A stretch of DNA of 60,893 nucleotides, counting the filler. It is 3 parts of 3 records of this genome, joined end to end, with 100 filler letters (N's around TTAATTAATTAA, not from the genome) between each part and the next. Parts side by side here need not be neighbours in the genome. Positions count along the whole stretch, not along the records: positions 42,359 to 60,893 come from SRR20825006_612; 2 more parts are not named here. One strand, 5' to 3'. The position numbers and the translations under genes were made by a program. The notes under the pieces were generated by a model, which had not been told where the DNA came from, made no database searches, and worked only from the letters and a program-made list of their open reading frames with translations. Positions 46,950 through 56,710 of the stretch are shown here, piece by piece. Position 1 is the first letter of the stretch. Each line of letters begins with the position of its first letter.

Positions 46950-47741
46950 CTATAGCAGCTTGTCGACGATGGCCTCCACGTCGGTCGCCGCCGGGGCCGA
47001 CGGATAGCGGTTCAGGATCGGGCTCTGGTTCCGGATCGACTCGATGACTTTCCGGTCGCGGCGGATGATCCCGAGCAATTGGGGCTCGAACTTCAGGAAG
47101 TTCATCGCGGCCTTGCGCAGGGTTTCATAGGTTTTCCGGCCATCATTCACCGAATCCGCGCTGTTCACGACGATGGAAACCTCGCAGTTCGGATCGCTCT
47201 GATGCGCGACCTTGACGAAGGCATAGGCGTCGGTCAGCGATGTTGGCTCGGCAGTGGTGACAACGATGACTTTACCTGCCCGGGCCGCGAGCATGCGCAC
47301 CGTCCTGTCCAGACCCGCCCCGAGATCCATGACCACGCGGTCATAGGTGTCGGATAGGTGGACGAGTTCGGTCCCCAGAGATTGCAGCCGGTTCGATGGC
47401 AGGGTTGCCAGACTTCCGGAGCCGGAGCGGCCGGCAATGATATCGAAATTGCCGTCGTCATAACGAATCTTTGCCTGAGCCAGGGACAGCCGGCCGGCGA
47501 TAACGCCGCCCAGATCGCGCTGGGGCATCAGGCCAAGCTGGATGTCGACATTGGCGAGGCCAAGGTCGGCATCGAACAGAAGCACCCTCTGGCCCATCTT
47601 GCTGAGCCCGTGCGCCAGCGTGACCGAAAACCACGTCTTGCCGACCCCGCCCTTGCCGGAGGCGATGGCGAGAATGTTGGCGCCCTTGGTGACGGGGCCA
47701 CTGGCCGCTGTTGGTCGGGGCTTGTCTGCGGGCGACATCAT
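46950..47741 (-). CDS. flhG: FlhG/FleN MinD-like ATPase
   Basis: ASGKGGVGKT, DADLGLAN, DLGAG, EPTSLTDAYA; follows flhF. Confidence 0.9.
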   Translation of the reverse strand: MMSPADKPRPTAASGPVTKGANILAIASGKGGVGKTWFSVTLAHGLSKMGQRVLLFDADLGLANVDIQLGLMPQRDLGGVIAGRLSLAQAKIRYDDGNFDIIAGRSGSGSLATLPSNRLQSLGTELVHLSDTYDRVVMDLGAGLDRTVRMLAARAGKVIVVTTAEPTSLTDAYAFVKVAHQSDPNCEVSIVVNSADSVNDGRKTYETLRKAAMNFLKFEPQLLGIIRRDRKVIESIRNQSPILNRYPSAPAATDVEAIVDKLL

Positions 47742-47777
47742 TGGACTGATCCTTGGGTCCGTTCCATCAAAGCGACC

Positions 47778-48773
47778 TCAACCATAGGCACCTCGTGCCG
47801 TTTGCTGTTCGTCGTCAAAACTCTCCACCACCGATTTGGGCAGCAATAACCGTGCCAGCGTCACGGGATTCATTGGCCTGAGGCCATCCGCCACGCTGGG
47901 GCCAATACCGACATCGGTCATTTGCAGCCCCGTAAGCGCGGCTGCACTGAGGTATGATCCGAAGCGTCGCGTCATGTCGAGCCGGGTCAGAAGCAGGCGG
48001 CGGGCGCCCAGTTCACGATAGATCCCGGCGATCTCGGCGGCTTCCATCGGGTCGATACCACCGGCCATGACCAGGACCACATCCGCGTCCACGGCCTTTA
48101 TCAGGCGTGCCTGCCGGTCAATATCGTCATTATCGAAAGGATTGCCGCCCGGACAGTCGATCAGAATATGCCCGCGGCCTTCGGCACCGGCGACGGCGGC
48201 TCTCAATTCTCCGGGTGTTCCGGCACTGATCAGGTTCAGCTTCAGGATCTTGGTGAAGGCCTCAAGCTGGGCGAAGCCACCGGCGCGGACCGTATCCGTG
48301 GTGATGACGCGCACCGCCTGTTTCTGCATGACGATCCGGGTGGCGAGCTTGGCAATGGTGACGGTTTTTCCCGCACCGGGCATACCGACCAGAAGAATTG
48401 GTTTGTCGGCGGTGCCGAGAGGCATCGGTGTGAAGGCGAAATACCGGTCAAGGGCGCCAGCCAGAGCCAGGATTGGATCGTCCATCGACAATTCTTCGGC
48501 GGCGCTGATCAACTCGTCCGATATTTGCGGCGGGACGCCATTATTGAGGAGGGCATCCGTGATGATCTCCACCGGATCATCATAGGCCTCGTCGTAATGA
48601 TCTTCCTCGTATTCGAATTCGTCTTCGACCTGATCAATGGCGGCGGTTATGCGAACGCCAATGCCGTCTTCACCTGACTGGGTGGAGACAATGATGGCAT
48701 CTTCGCCAAAATGCTCTTTCACGAGCGCCATGGCTTCGTTCATCGTGTCGGCGGAAAAAGTCTTCAGGCGCAT
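47778..48773 (-). CDS. flhF: Flagellar biosynthesis SRP-type GTPase FlhF
   Basis: MRLKTFSADTMNEAM, GAGKTVTIAKLA, TDTVRAGG, TRLD. Confidence 0.92.
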   Translation of the reverse strand: MRLKTFSADTMNEAMALVKEHFGEDAIIVSTQSGEDGIGVRITAAIDQVEDEFEYEEDHYDEAYDDPVEIITDALLNNGVPPQISDELISAAEELSMDDPILALAGALDRYFAFTPMPLGTADKPILLVGMPGAGKTVTIAKLATRIVMQKQAVRVITTDTVRAGGFAQLEAFTKILKLNLISAGTPGELRAAVAGAEGRGHILIDCPGGNPFDNDDIDRQARLIKAVDADVVLVMAGGIDPMEAAEIAGIYRELGARRLLLTRLDMTRRFGSYLSAAALTGLQMTDVGIGPSVADGLRPMNPVTLARLLLPKSVVESFDDEQQTARGAYG

Positions 48774-48821
48774 GGAAACCTCACCGGCGACGCGCGCCCG
48801 TTTCTCAGCCCCAGACTAAAA

Positions 48822-50960
48822 TCATACTTGGCCAAGGGTCTTGATCCGTGCCTTTGGGTGAATTTCATTTTGAGACATTACCACAGTCTGCGGCCGGAAA
48901 CGCTCAACGATGGAGCGCACGTAGGGCCGGATACCGGGAGAGGTGAGAACCGTCGGGAATTCACCGACCTCGGCAAGCTGGTCAAGAGCGTTGCGCAGCG
49001 CCGTGATGAAGTCCTGTAGCTGGCTCGGCGGCATCGAAAGCTGCTGTTCCTCGCCCTGACCGACGATCGAATTGGCGAACGCCTGCTCCCAGTCCGGTGA
49101 CAGGGTGACCAGATGAATAACGCCGTCATCCGCCGTGTTCTGCTCACTGATCTGCCGGGCGAGGCGTGTCCTGACATGTTCTGTGATCAGGGTGATGTTG
49201 CGGGTGAAGGTGGACGCCTCCGAAACACCTTCAAGAATGGTCGGCAGATCACGCACGGAAACGCGCTCGCTCAGCAGGTTCTGCAGGACGCGTTGCAGGC
49301 CGCCGATGGAAATATTCGACGGCACCACGTCCGTAACCAGCTTCTGGTACTGGTCCGGCAACTCGTCGAGCAGCTTCTGGGTCTCGGTGTAAGACAGCAG
49401 ATCGCGCATGTTGTCGCGGATCAGCTCCGTCAAATGGGTGGTAACCACGGTCGACGGATCGACCACGGTGTACCCCTTGAAAAGGGCTTCCTCGCGCTGC
49501 TCCGGGCCGACCCACATGGCGGGCAGGCCGAAAGTCGGCTCGCGCGTGTCCGTACCGGCGAGATCAATCTGGTTCCCGCCCGGATCCATGACCAGCAGAC
49601 GGTTCGGACGGATATCGCCACGCCCAACCTCGATTTCCTTGATGCGGATGACGTAGGTATTGGCCGGAAGTTGCAGATTATCCTGGATACGGACCTGCGG
49701 CATGATGAAGCCGCTTTCCACGGCAAGTTGCCGGCGCAGGGCCCGGATCTGGTCCGTCAGCCGCTGGCCCTCGGTCGTCTCGTTGACCAGAGGCAGCAGA
49801 CCGTACCCGAGCTCAAGCCGGACCAGATCGATATGCAGCGCGGCGGAGATCGGCTCTTCCGGCGGCGGTGCGGCGGCTTCGTCCGCTTCGCGTTGCACCA
49901 CTGCGGCGGCTTCGCCTTCGTGCTTGCTGTAGATCATGAAGGCGAGGCCGCCGACGATCGCGGCGAGTGTCAGAAAGATGAAGGTCGGAAAGCCGGGAAG
50001 CAGGGACAGGATCGCCAGCAGAACGGCGCACAGGGCGAGGGCCTTGGGGTAGCCGCCAAGCTGTCCGAAGACCGCCTTTTCCGTGGTGCCGGTGGTGCCG
50101 CCCTTGGTGACCAGCATACCGGCGGCGGTGGAGACGATGAGAGCGGGGATCTGACTGACCAGACCGTCGCCGACCGTCAGAAGCGTGTAGGTCGAGAAGG
50201 CATCCGCGAAGCTGACACCCTGCTGGGCGATACCGATGACCATGCCGCCGATAACGTTGATCACCGTGATGAGCAGTCCGGCGACGGCGTCTCCCCGGAC
50301 GAATTTGGAGGCACCGTCCATGGCACCGAAGAAGGTGCTCTCGGAGCTCAACTCCTCACGCCGGTTCCGTGCCTGATCCTCATTGATCAGACCGGAGGAA
50401 AGGTCTGCGTCGATTGCCATCTGTTTGCCGGGCATGGCGTCAAGGCTGAAGCGGGCGGCGACTTCCGCAATACGGCCCGAACCCTTGGTGATGACGATGA
50501 AGTTTACGATCACCAGGATAGAGAAGACGATAATACCGATAGCGGCGTTGCCGCCCATCATGAAGCCGCCGAAGGCCTGAATCACATCGCCGGCCGCGTC
50601 CGTACCAGTATGGCCCTCGGCCAGGATCAAGCGTGTCGAAGCCAGGTTAAGCGAGAGCCGTAACATGGTCGCGATCAGCAGGATCGTCGGAAACGAATTG
50701 AAATCCAGAGGCTTTTCGATGAACAGAACCGTCATCAAAATAACCACGGACAAGGCGATCGAGACCCCGAGAAGGATATCGAGCAGCATTGTCGGGACCG
50801 GCAAAATCAGAACCGAGATAATGCCGATCACGCCAAGAGCGAGGTAGATATCCCCCCGCTTTGCCGCAGCCTTCAGATTGGCAAAGTTAAAAGACGGCAA
50901 GGCCGTTCCGCCGCCGCCTCCACCTTCCGGCTGCGGAGCTTGATTGGAGGCGTCGGTCAT
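48822..50960 (-). CDS. flhA: Flagellar export gate protein FlhA
   Basis: FIVITKGSGRIAEVAARFSLDAMPGKQMAIDADL, GAMDGASKFVRGDA. Confidence 0.98.
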   Translation of the reverse strand: MTDASNQAPQPEGGGGGGTALPSFNFANLKAAAKRGDIYLALGVIGIISVLILPVPTMLLDILLGVSIALSVVILMTVLFIEKPLDFNSFPTILLIATMLRLSLNLASTRLILAEGHTGTDAAGDVIQAFGGFMMGGNAAIGIIVFSILVIVNFIVITKGSGRIAEVAARFSLDAMPGKQMAIDADLSSGLINEDQARNRREELSSESTFFGAMDGASKFVRGDAVAGLLITVINVIGGMVIGIAQQGVSFADAFSTYTLLTVGDGLVSQIPALIVSTAAGMLVTKGGTTGTTEKAVFGQLGGYPKALALCAVLLAILSLLPGFPTFIFLTLAAIVGGLAFMIYSKHEGEAAAVVQREADEAAAPPPEEPISAALHIDLVRLELGYGLLPLVNETTEGQRLTDQIRALRRQLAVESGFIMPQVRIQDNLQLPANTYVIRIKEIEVGRGDIRPNRLLVMDPGGNQIDLAGTDTREPTFGLPAMWVGPEQREEALFKGYTVVDPSTVVTTHLTELIRDNMRDLLSYTETQKLLDELPDQYQKLVTDVVPSNISIGGLQRVLQNLLSERVSVRDLPTILEGVSEASTFTRNITLITEHVRTRLARQISEQNTADDGVIHLVTLSPDWEQAFANSIVGQGEEQQLSMPPSQLQDFITALRNALDQLAEVGEFPTVLTSPGIRPYVRSIVERFRPQTVVMSQNEIHPKARIKTLGQV

Positions 50961-51027
50961 TCAGTGCCTCGCATCATGCGGTCCCGTTTCTGCATTGCAT
51001 ATCGCCTGAAGCTATTCTGGTCGTGCT

Positions 51028-52503
51028 TCAGACTGTCGCCCGATCTGCTTCGCCCGGCGGAGGCACATTAACGCCTTCCCCGGAATACGCTTTGAGCTTG
51101 TTGCGCAGCGTCCGGATGGAGATGCCGAGAATATTAGCGGCATGAGTCCGGTTGCCGAGGCAATGGCTGAGCGTATTGATGATCAGCTGGCGCTCGACAT
51201 CGGCAACGGTGCGGCCGACGAGATCTCCGCCGGTCCCGCTTTCCTGTCCGGGCGTAGCCGCTGCCGGTGCTGGAGGGGGCGGGGTCGCTTCCGGCTCGTC
51301 ATCGAAAGAGGCTGGCTGAAACGCATTTGGTGCCGGAGGGGCAGCTGGTTGAGGTGCCGGTGTCGCGCGCAATGGCGGCGCTTCTTCTGCGGCCGGAGTC
51401 ATTTGCTCCCCGGTCAGGATAATGGCTTCGGCTCCGATCTCGTTACCGGAGGCAAGCAGGACCGCGCGATGCAGGGTATTTTCCAGCTCGCGCACATTGC
51501 CGCGCCAGTGATGGCCCTGCAGGCGGGTAACCGCCTCGGCGCTCAGCGGGCGCTCGGGAACGCCATTGGCCTCGGCATATTTCTTTGAGAAATGAGTTGC
51601 GAGCAGCTTGATGTCGGCCGGGCGCTGACGCAGCGGCGGGAGCTGCAGGTTGAAGACGTTGAGGCGGAAATAGAGATCCTCCCGGAAATTACCTTCCCGG
51701 ACATGCCGCTCGAGATCCCGGTTCGAGGTCGCAAGCAGGCGGATGTCCACTTTGACCGGCTGGTTTCCGCCGACCCTGTCGATTTCGCGTTCCTGGACCG
51801 CCCGAAGCAGCTTGGCCTGCAAGCGGATATCCATTTCGCTGATTTCATCAAGCAGCAGGGTGCCGCCGTTTGCTTCCTCAAATTTTCCGACGCGGCGGGC
51901 CACGGCGCCGGTAAAGGCGCCTTTCTCATGCCCGAATAACTCGGATTCCAGAAGGTTGTCCGGGATCGCGGCGCAGTTGACGGAAACGAACTGTTTGTCG
52001 GACCGCTTGCTTTTCTCATGCAGGTATCGGGCGAGAACTTCCTTACCCGTACCGGACTCGCCGGTGATCAGTACGCTTGCATCCGATGGTGCGATCTGGT
52101 CGGCGAGTTTGAGAACAGCCCCCATGATCGGGTCCTGGAAAATCACCGAGCTCTGTTCCTCGGTAACGGCTGCGAGCACGGCGGCAATCAGCTCGGCGTT
52201 CGGGGGCAGGGGAATATATTCCTTGGCGCCCGCCTTTATCGCGGCAACAGCGGCATCGGAATCGTTTTCGAGACCGCAGGCGACAACCGGCGTGTTGATG
52301 TGCTCCTGGTTCATCGCCCGGAGCAGTTTGGCTACAGGCTGGGCCACGTCGATCATGACGAGATCAGCGCCCTGGCCGCTGCGCAGCGCATGCATTGCGC
52401 CCTCGACATTGTCCAGGTGACTGACTTTAGCGCCTTTTTTCAGGGCTATCTGACCGGCTGCGCTAATATGTCCGCCGAGTGTGCCGACGATCAGCAATCG
52501 CAT
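51028..52503 (-). CDS. flbD: sigma54-dependent flagellar regulator FlbD
   Basis: Atypical receiver; GESGTGKE, ESELFGHEKGAFTGA, GNRTHAANILGISIRTLRNKL. Confidence 0.92.
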   Translation of the reverse strand: MRLLIVGTLGGHISAAGQIALKKGAKVSHLDNVEGAMHALRSGQGADLVMIDVAQPVAKLLRAMNQEHINTPVVACGLENDSDAAVAAIKAGAKEYIPLPPNAELIAAVLAAVTEEQSSVIFQDPIMGAVLKLADQIAPSDASVLITGESGTGKEVLARYLHEKSKRSDKQFVSVNCAAIPDNLLESELFGHEKGAFTGAVARRVGKFEEANGGTLLLDEISEMDIRLQAKLLRAVQEREIDRVGGNQPVKVDIRLLATSNRDLERHVREGNFREDLYFRLNVFNLQLPPLRQRPADIKLLATHFSKKYAEANGVPERPLSAEAVTRLQGHHWRGNVRELENTLHRAVLLASGNEIGAEAIILTGEQMTPAAEEAPPLRATPAPQPAAPPAPNAFQPASFDDEPEATPPPPAPAAATPGQESGTGGDLVGRTVADVERQLIINTLSHCLGNRTHAANILGISIRTLRNKLKAYSGEGVNVPPPGEADRATV

Positions 52504-52551
52504 CTGTCAATTCTCCCGTTTGGGCGACCGTATCCGGGTCAGCCCTGTCCT

Positions 52552-53409
52552 TCAATCGTAGTAGTCGAGCCGCTGCGATGGCGGCAGTTTGGTATTCAGC
52601 ATGCGCTCGAGAAGCCGAGGGTTCTCCTGCCGGGCGATCGACATTGCGCAGGCATGGTAGATTTCACATTCGAGCAACTCTGCTTCAGCGTTGCGCTCCA
52701 GTTTCGCCGCAATCGGTGCCAGCACCATGTAGGCGAGAATGGCGCCATAGAAGGTCGTCAGCAGGGCAACGGCCATGGCCGGGCCGATGGAGCCTGGATC
52801 GTTCAGGTTTCCGAGCAACTGGATGAGCCCGATCAGGGTGCCGATCAGCCCCATGGATGGAGACACCTCAGCGGCCCGCCGGAGCACGCCGGCGTGACGG
52901 TGCCGGATGTCCTGTATGGCGTCGATTTCCTGGGCCAGAACCTGGTCGATCTGATGCGGCGTCGCCCCGTCCACCGCCATGGCGACGGCACGTTGCAGAA
53001 AAGGCTCGCTATCGACGGAGGGAATCACGGCATCAAGAGCAAGAACGCCATTCTCCCGTGCGATGGCCGCGAGATTAAGCGACCGTTCGCCGGCAAGCCG
53101 CGGATCATGACGGTGCGGCAGCAATGTTTCCAGAACGGCGCCGATGGCACCGAACAATTCGGAAATGCTGTAGGAGACAAGGGTTACGGCAAAGGTGCCG
53201 ATGAGGACGATCAGAACAGCCGGAAGATTGTAGAAGGAACTGACCGAGCCGCCGAGCACCAAGGCCGTCATGACCAGTCCAAAAGCAACCGACAGGCCCA
53301 GGATCAGGGCGATATCGATCGTACGTCCACTTGCCGGAACGTCGAACGTTCTGGTTTTGACTGGACGCGGACGATCTCCGCCATTTTCCACGGTCGCGCG
53401 ATCTGCCAT
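52552..53409 (-). CDS. motA: Flagellar stator protein MotA/PomA family
   Basis: ARENGVLAL, PSMGLIGTLIGLI, GPAMAVALLTTFYG. Confidence 0.9.
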   Translation of the reverse strand: MADRATVENGGDRPRPVKTRTFDVPASGRTIDIALILGLSVAFGLVMTALVLGGSVSSFYNLPAVLIVLIGTFAVTLVSYSISELFGAIGAVLETLLPHRHDPRLAGERSLNLAAIARENGVLALDAVIPSVDSEPFLQRAVAMAVDGATPHQIDQVLAQEIDAIQDIRHRHAGVLRRAAEVSPSMGLIGTLIGLIQLLGNLNDPGSIGPAMAVALLTTFYGAILAYMVLAPIAAKLERNAEAELLECEIYHACAMSIARQENPRLLERMLNTKLPPSQRLDYYD

Positions 53410-53429
53410 GTCTTTTCTGATCCCGCCGC

Positions 53430-53804
53430 TTAGCCGGTTCTGTCGGATTTGATGATTTCCGTCATGGTCACGCCAAGGCGTTCGTCGACGATGACGACTT
53501 CTCCGCGGGCCACGAGGCGGTTGTTCACGTAGATATCGATCGCCTCGCCAACCTTGCGGTCCAGCTCGACGACGGCGCCGCGGCCAAGCTTGAGAAGCTG
53601 GCTGACCTGCATGCTGGACTTGCCGAGCACGGCGGAGACTTGCACCGGAATATCGTAGACGGCTTCAAGTTCGCGCGCGCTGATCTGCTGGCGGGATTCT
53701 TCCGGAACAACCTCCGGCGTTTCGTCTGCGGCCTGCTGCTCCATGGCGGCGGCCATATCCAATTCTTCGAGATCTTCGAAATCGACATCGGTTTCGTCGG
53801 ACAT
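53430..53804 (-). CDS. fliN: Flagellar motor switch protein FliN
   Basis: DIPVQVSAVLG, LDRKVGEAIDIYVNNRLVARGEVV. Confidence 0.95.
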   Translation of the reverse strand: MSDETDVDFEDLEELDMAAAMEQQAADETPEVVPEESRQQISARELEAVYDIPVQVSAVLGKSSMQVSQLLKLGRGAVVELDRKVGEAIDIYVNNRLVARGEVVIVDERLGVTMTEIIKSDRTG

Positions 53805-53832
53805 ATCGCTCTCCTCTGGCGGCCAGGCGGCG

Positions 53833-54714
53833 CTAGTTCTGAATCAGTTCAGGTTCGCTGGAATTGCCGTCCTCGTCCACACCTGTATCGGGTGCTTCCG
53901 GGACCGCATCGGATGGGGCGGGGGTGGGGGCATCTTCCATTCCCGGCAGATCATCGCTTACCGCATTCATTTCGGGCTCTGACAGCTTTTCTGGTGTGAC
54001 CTGATCGTCTGCTTCGGTCGCCGGGGGAATATCGGAGCCTATATTGGACCGGACGGGAAGGGCGGAAAGAGTGCGTTCGATCATCTCGTCGATCTCGCTC
54101 CAGGTCTCGTCCAATGCCCGCTCGACCGCGCCGGCGGCCCAGGAGACGCGGCAATCGGTTGCGACAAGTTCCGGGTCGCCCACCAAGACCACTTCACCTT
54201 CATAGCCGACGCGGGATGCCATCAGCTGGACCTTGTCGCGCAGCGGCGCTTCCAGCTCTGCTGCGACGCGGATCATCACCTTCGGCTGTTCGGTCAAGAA
54301 CTGAAACGCCTGATTGATGACATGTTCTATCTGGGGCAATTCCGTGCCGCGTATCAGCTCCGGTGCGAGCTTGCGCATGATGGTTGCGGACAGGCGAACC
54401 GCATCGCGCTGTATTTCCGACGTCCATTTGCGGTGTGTCTGGTTGAGTTCGTCAATCTTGCTGAGAACGCCCTCAAGCGAAACGGAAACCTGCTGCTCAA
54501 TCCCGGCCATTGCAGAAGACATGCCTTCCTGCCGGCCAAGCTGGTAGGAGGCCTCCTTGGCTTCGTCGACCTCTTCCTGGCTGTAGGTCGGCGGTGCGTG
54601 TTCCTCGGCCTCAAGCTCTGCCATCCGCGCAGCCTCTGCCGCGCGGCGCATTTTCTGCTGATATTCCTCGTCGAAAATATTGTCGAACAGGAAGCGTGAT
54701 TTTTGCGTGGTCAT
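53833..54714 (-). CDS. fliH: Flagellar assembly protein FliH (FlbE) with acidic C-terminal tail
   Basis: N-terminal RFLFDNIFD, PPTYSQEE, DCRVSWAAGAVER. Confidence 0.85.
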   Translation of the reverse strand: MTTQKSRFLFDNIFDEEYQQKMRRAAEAARMAELEAEEHAPPTYSQEEVDEAKEASYQLGRQEGMSSAMAGIEQQVSVSLEGVLSKIDELNQTHRKWTSEIQRDAVRLSATIMRKLAPELIRGTELPQIEHVINQAFQFLTEQPKVMIRVAAELEAPLRDKVQLMASRVGYEGEVVLVGDPELVATDCRVSWAAGAVERALDETWSEIDEMIERTLSALPVRSNIGSDIPPATEADDQVTPEKLSEPEMNAVSDDLPGMEDAPTPAPSDAVPEAPDTGVDEDGNSSEPELIQN

Positions 54715-54754
54715 GCTGCCCGACCTGTTCCGGTGAAAGCGTTTTCAGTCGTCG

Positions 54755-56446
54755 TCAACCGCCGGCTCCGGAGTTGCCTGCTTCCTGGTACATCCAGTTC
54801 CGGATGATGGCGACAGCTTCTTCGGGGTGTTTCTCCACGATCTCGCCGATTTTCTTCAGGGAAGACGCACGAACCCGGCCCTCGACCTGATTGATATCGA
54901 TCATCTGATCAAGCAGGCTGTCCTCTTCGTCGTCGCCTTCCAGAAGTTCGGCCATATCGGCGGTGGCGCCTGGTCCGGTGAGCTGGGCGATGGCATCCGC
55001 GCCGGCAATCATGCCGCCCGGCCCGCCGCTTGCGGCAAGGGTGGTCGGCATCGATTCAAAGAGGCGTGTCAGCACGGGCCGTACGACCAGCAGGATCACG
55101 AGAAGGCCGACGACGGCCAGTACGAGAACTTCGGCAAGCTGCAGGAATTCGTCCTTGGAAATGCCAAACAGGAGGGAGCCGTCATCCAGGTCAAGCGGCT
55201 CAAGCTTGACGAACTGCATGTTCACGACTTCAACCGTGTCACCTCGGCTTCCATTATAGCCGACGGCGGAGCGCACGAGCGTGGCGATCTGCTCCAGCTC
55301 TTCTTCGGTTCGAGGCTGGTAGACCTTTTCCCCGTCTTCGTTTTCGACATAGCGTCCGTCAACCAGGACGGCTACGGAGAGATTCTGGATCTCTCCCGCT
55401 TCCTTGACGCGGTTGCGCACGGTGCGGCTGATTTCGAAATTGACGGTTTCCTCAGTGCGGGAAGAGTCGGAGCGGGCGGACAGATCGCCAGCTCCGGCAT
55501 TGGCCTCGGCTTCCGGCAGGTTGTTCTCTACTGAAACCGTGTCCTGCTTGTTTCGTTCCTGGGAGCTTTCGCTTTCTTCGATGGTCTGCGTCGAGCGGGC
55601 GACCTGGCTGTCCGGATCGTATATCTCCGATTGCTCGGTGAAACGGTCATAGTCGATATCGGCGCTGATCTCCGCACGGACACGGCCAAGCCCGACAATA
55701 CGTTCGACCAGTTCCTCGACGGAGCCGCGAATGCGATTCTCGAAGGCCAGCCGCATTTCCTCGGAACTTTGGCCGGGAAGGGTGCCGTCCTCGTCATTGG
55801 TTCCCCGGGCCAGCAGCTGGCCCCGGCTGTCGAGGATGGAAATGTTCTGCGGTTCCATGTCCGGAACGGCGGCGGCAACAAGATGCTGGATTGCCAGAAC
55901 CTGTTCACGGCCAAGGCGGCCGGCCCCCTGAACCTGGAGCACGACGGATGCGCTCGGCTTGCGGCGTTCGCGGCTGAAGAGTTCGCGCTGCGGCAGCACC
56001 AGATGAACACGGGCGCCGCGCACATTGTTCATTGCGCCGATGGTCCGCCCAAGCTCGCCTTCGAGCGCGCGAACCAGATTGACGTTCTGAACAAAATTGG
56101 TGGTTCCGAGGCCATCGGACTTGTCGAAGATTTCGTACCCCATGGTCCCGCCGCCCGGCACGCCTTGCTCGGCGAGGGTCACGCGGAGTTTCAGGACTTC
56201 GTCGCCGGGGACAAAAACCTGCTGGCCTCCAGCCTTCAGTTCGTACTGAATATTGCGGGATTCGAGTTCCTTGACGATGGCACCGCTGTCGGCGGGATCG
56301 AGGTCGCCATAAAGCAACGACATCCCGCCCGTGGAGAGGCGGGAGGCAAGGAAGATGAAGAATCCAAGCACTGCAACCGCTGTCCCGACCAGGGCGGCGA
56401 TACGGATGGGGCCGAGATTACGAATCAGGTCGACAAGAGGATTCAT
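54755..56446 (-). CDS. fliF: Flagellar MS-ring protein FliF
   Basis: GYEIFD, RALEGELGRTI, ARVHLVLP, LSVAVLVDG, RGDTVEVVNMQF, IRNWM. Confidence 0.97.
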   Translation of the reverse strand: MNPLVDLIRNLGPIRIAALVGTAVAVLGFFIFLASRLSTGGMSLLYGDLDPADSGAIVKELESRNIQYELKAGGQQVFVPGDEVLKLRVTLAEQGVPGGGTMGYEIFDKSDGLGTTNFVQNVNLVRALEGELGRTIGAMNNVRGARVHLVLPQRELFSRERRKPSASVVLQVQGAGRLGREQVLAIQHLVAAAVPDMEPQNISILDSRGQLLARGTNDEDGTLPGQSSEEMRLAFENRIRGSVEELVERIVGLGRVRAEISADIDYDRFTEQSEIYDPDSQVARSTQTIEESESSQERNKQDTVSVENNLPEAEANAGAGDLSARSDSSRTEETVNFEISRTVRNRVKEAGEIQNLSVAVLVDGRYVENEDGEKVYQPRTEEELEQIATLVRSAVGYNGSRGDTVEVVNMQFVKLEPLDLDDGSLLFGISKDEFLQLAEVLVLAVVGLLVILLVVRPVLTRLFESMPTTLAASGGPGGMIAGADAIAQLTGPGATADMAELLEGDDEEDSLLDQMIDINQVEGRVRASSLKKIGEIVEKHPEEAVAIIRNWMYQEAGNSGAGG

Positions 56447-56557
56447 GGGTTATAATCCCCGCAGTTGCGCGCAGCTGAGGCCCGAAATTTCATCGGGAGG
56501 GTTTCGCGAATACATTGCATTTTATATGTATCTTTCGAAAATTGAAAGAACCCTCTG

Positions 56558-56652
56558 GGCAAAAACTGCCTAGTCAATATATCTGACTGTGAATCGAAAG
56601 AGAACAATTAATTAGCGGCTGAACTTGTGGTATTGGTTAAGGAATATTTGAC
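56558..56652. promoter_or_regulatory. ftr-like palindrome and CtrA box between fliF and the TPR-glycosyltransferase gene
   Basis: GGCA-AAAAC-TGCC at 56558-56570; TTAA-GGAATAT-TTGAC at 56637-56652. Confidence 0.55.
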
Positions 56653-56710
56653 CGTATGTCTATCTGGTGGGATCTGATGTGTCCCACACATGCGTCGCGG
56701 AGAGGTGATA

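Noticed and set aside
56557-56600. GGGCAAA as the start of a c-di-GMP-I riboswitch
   Set aside because: Lacks the GNRA/receptor stems and second conserved block; better explained as a short DNA dyad
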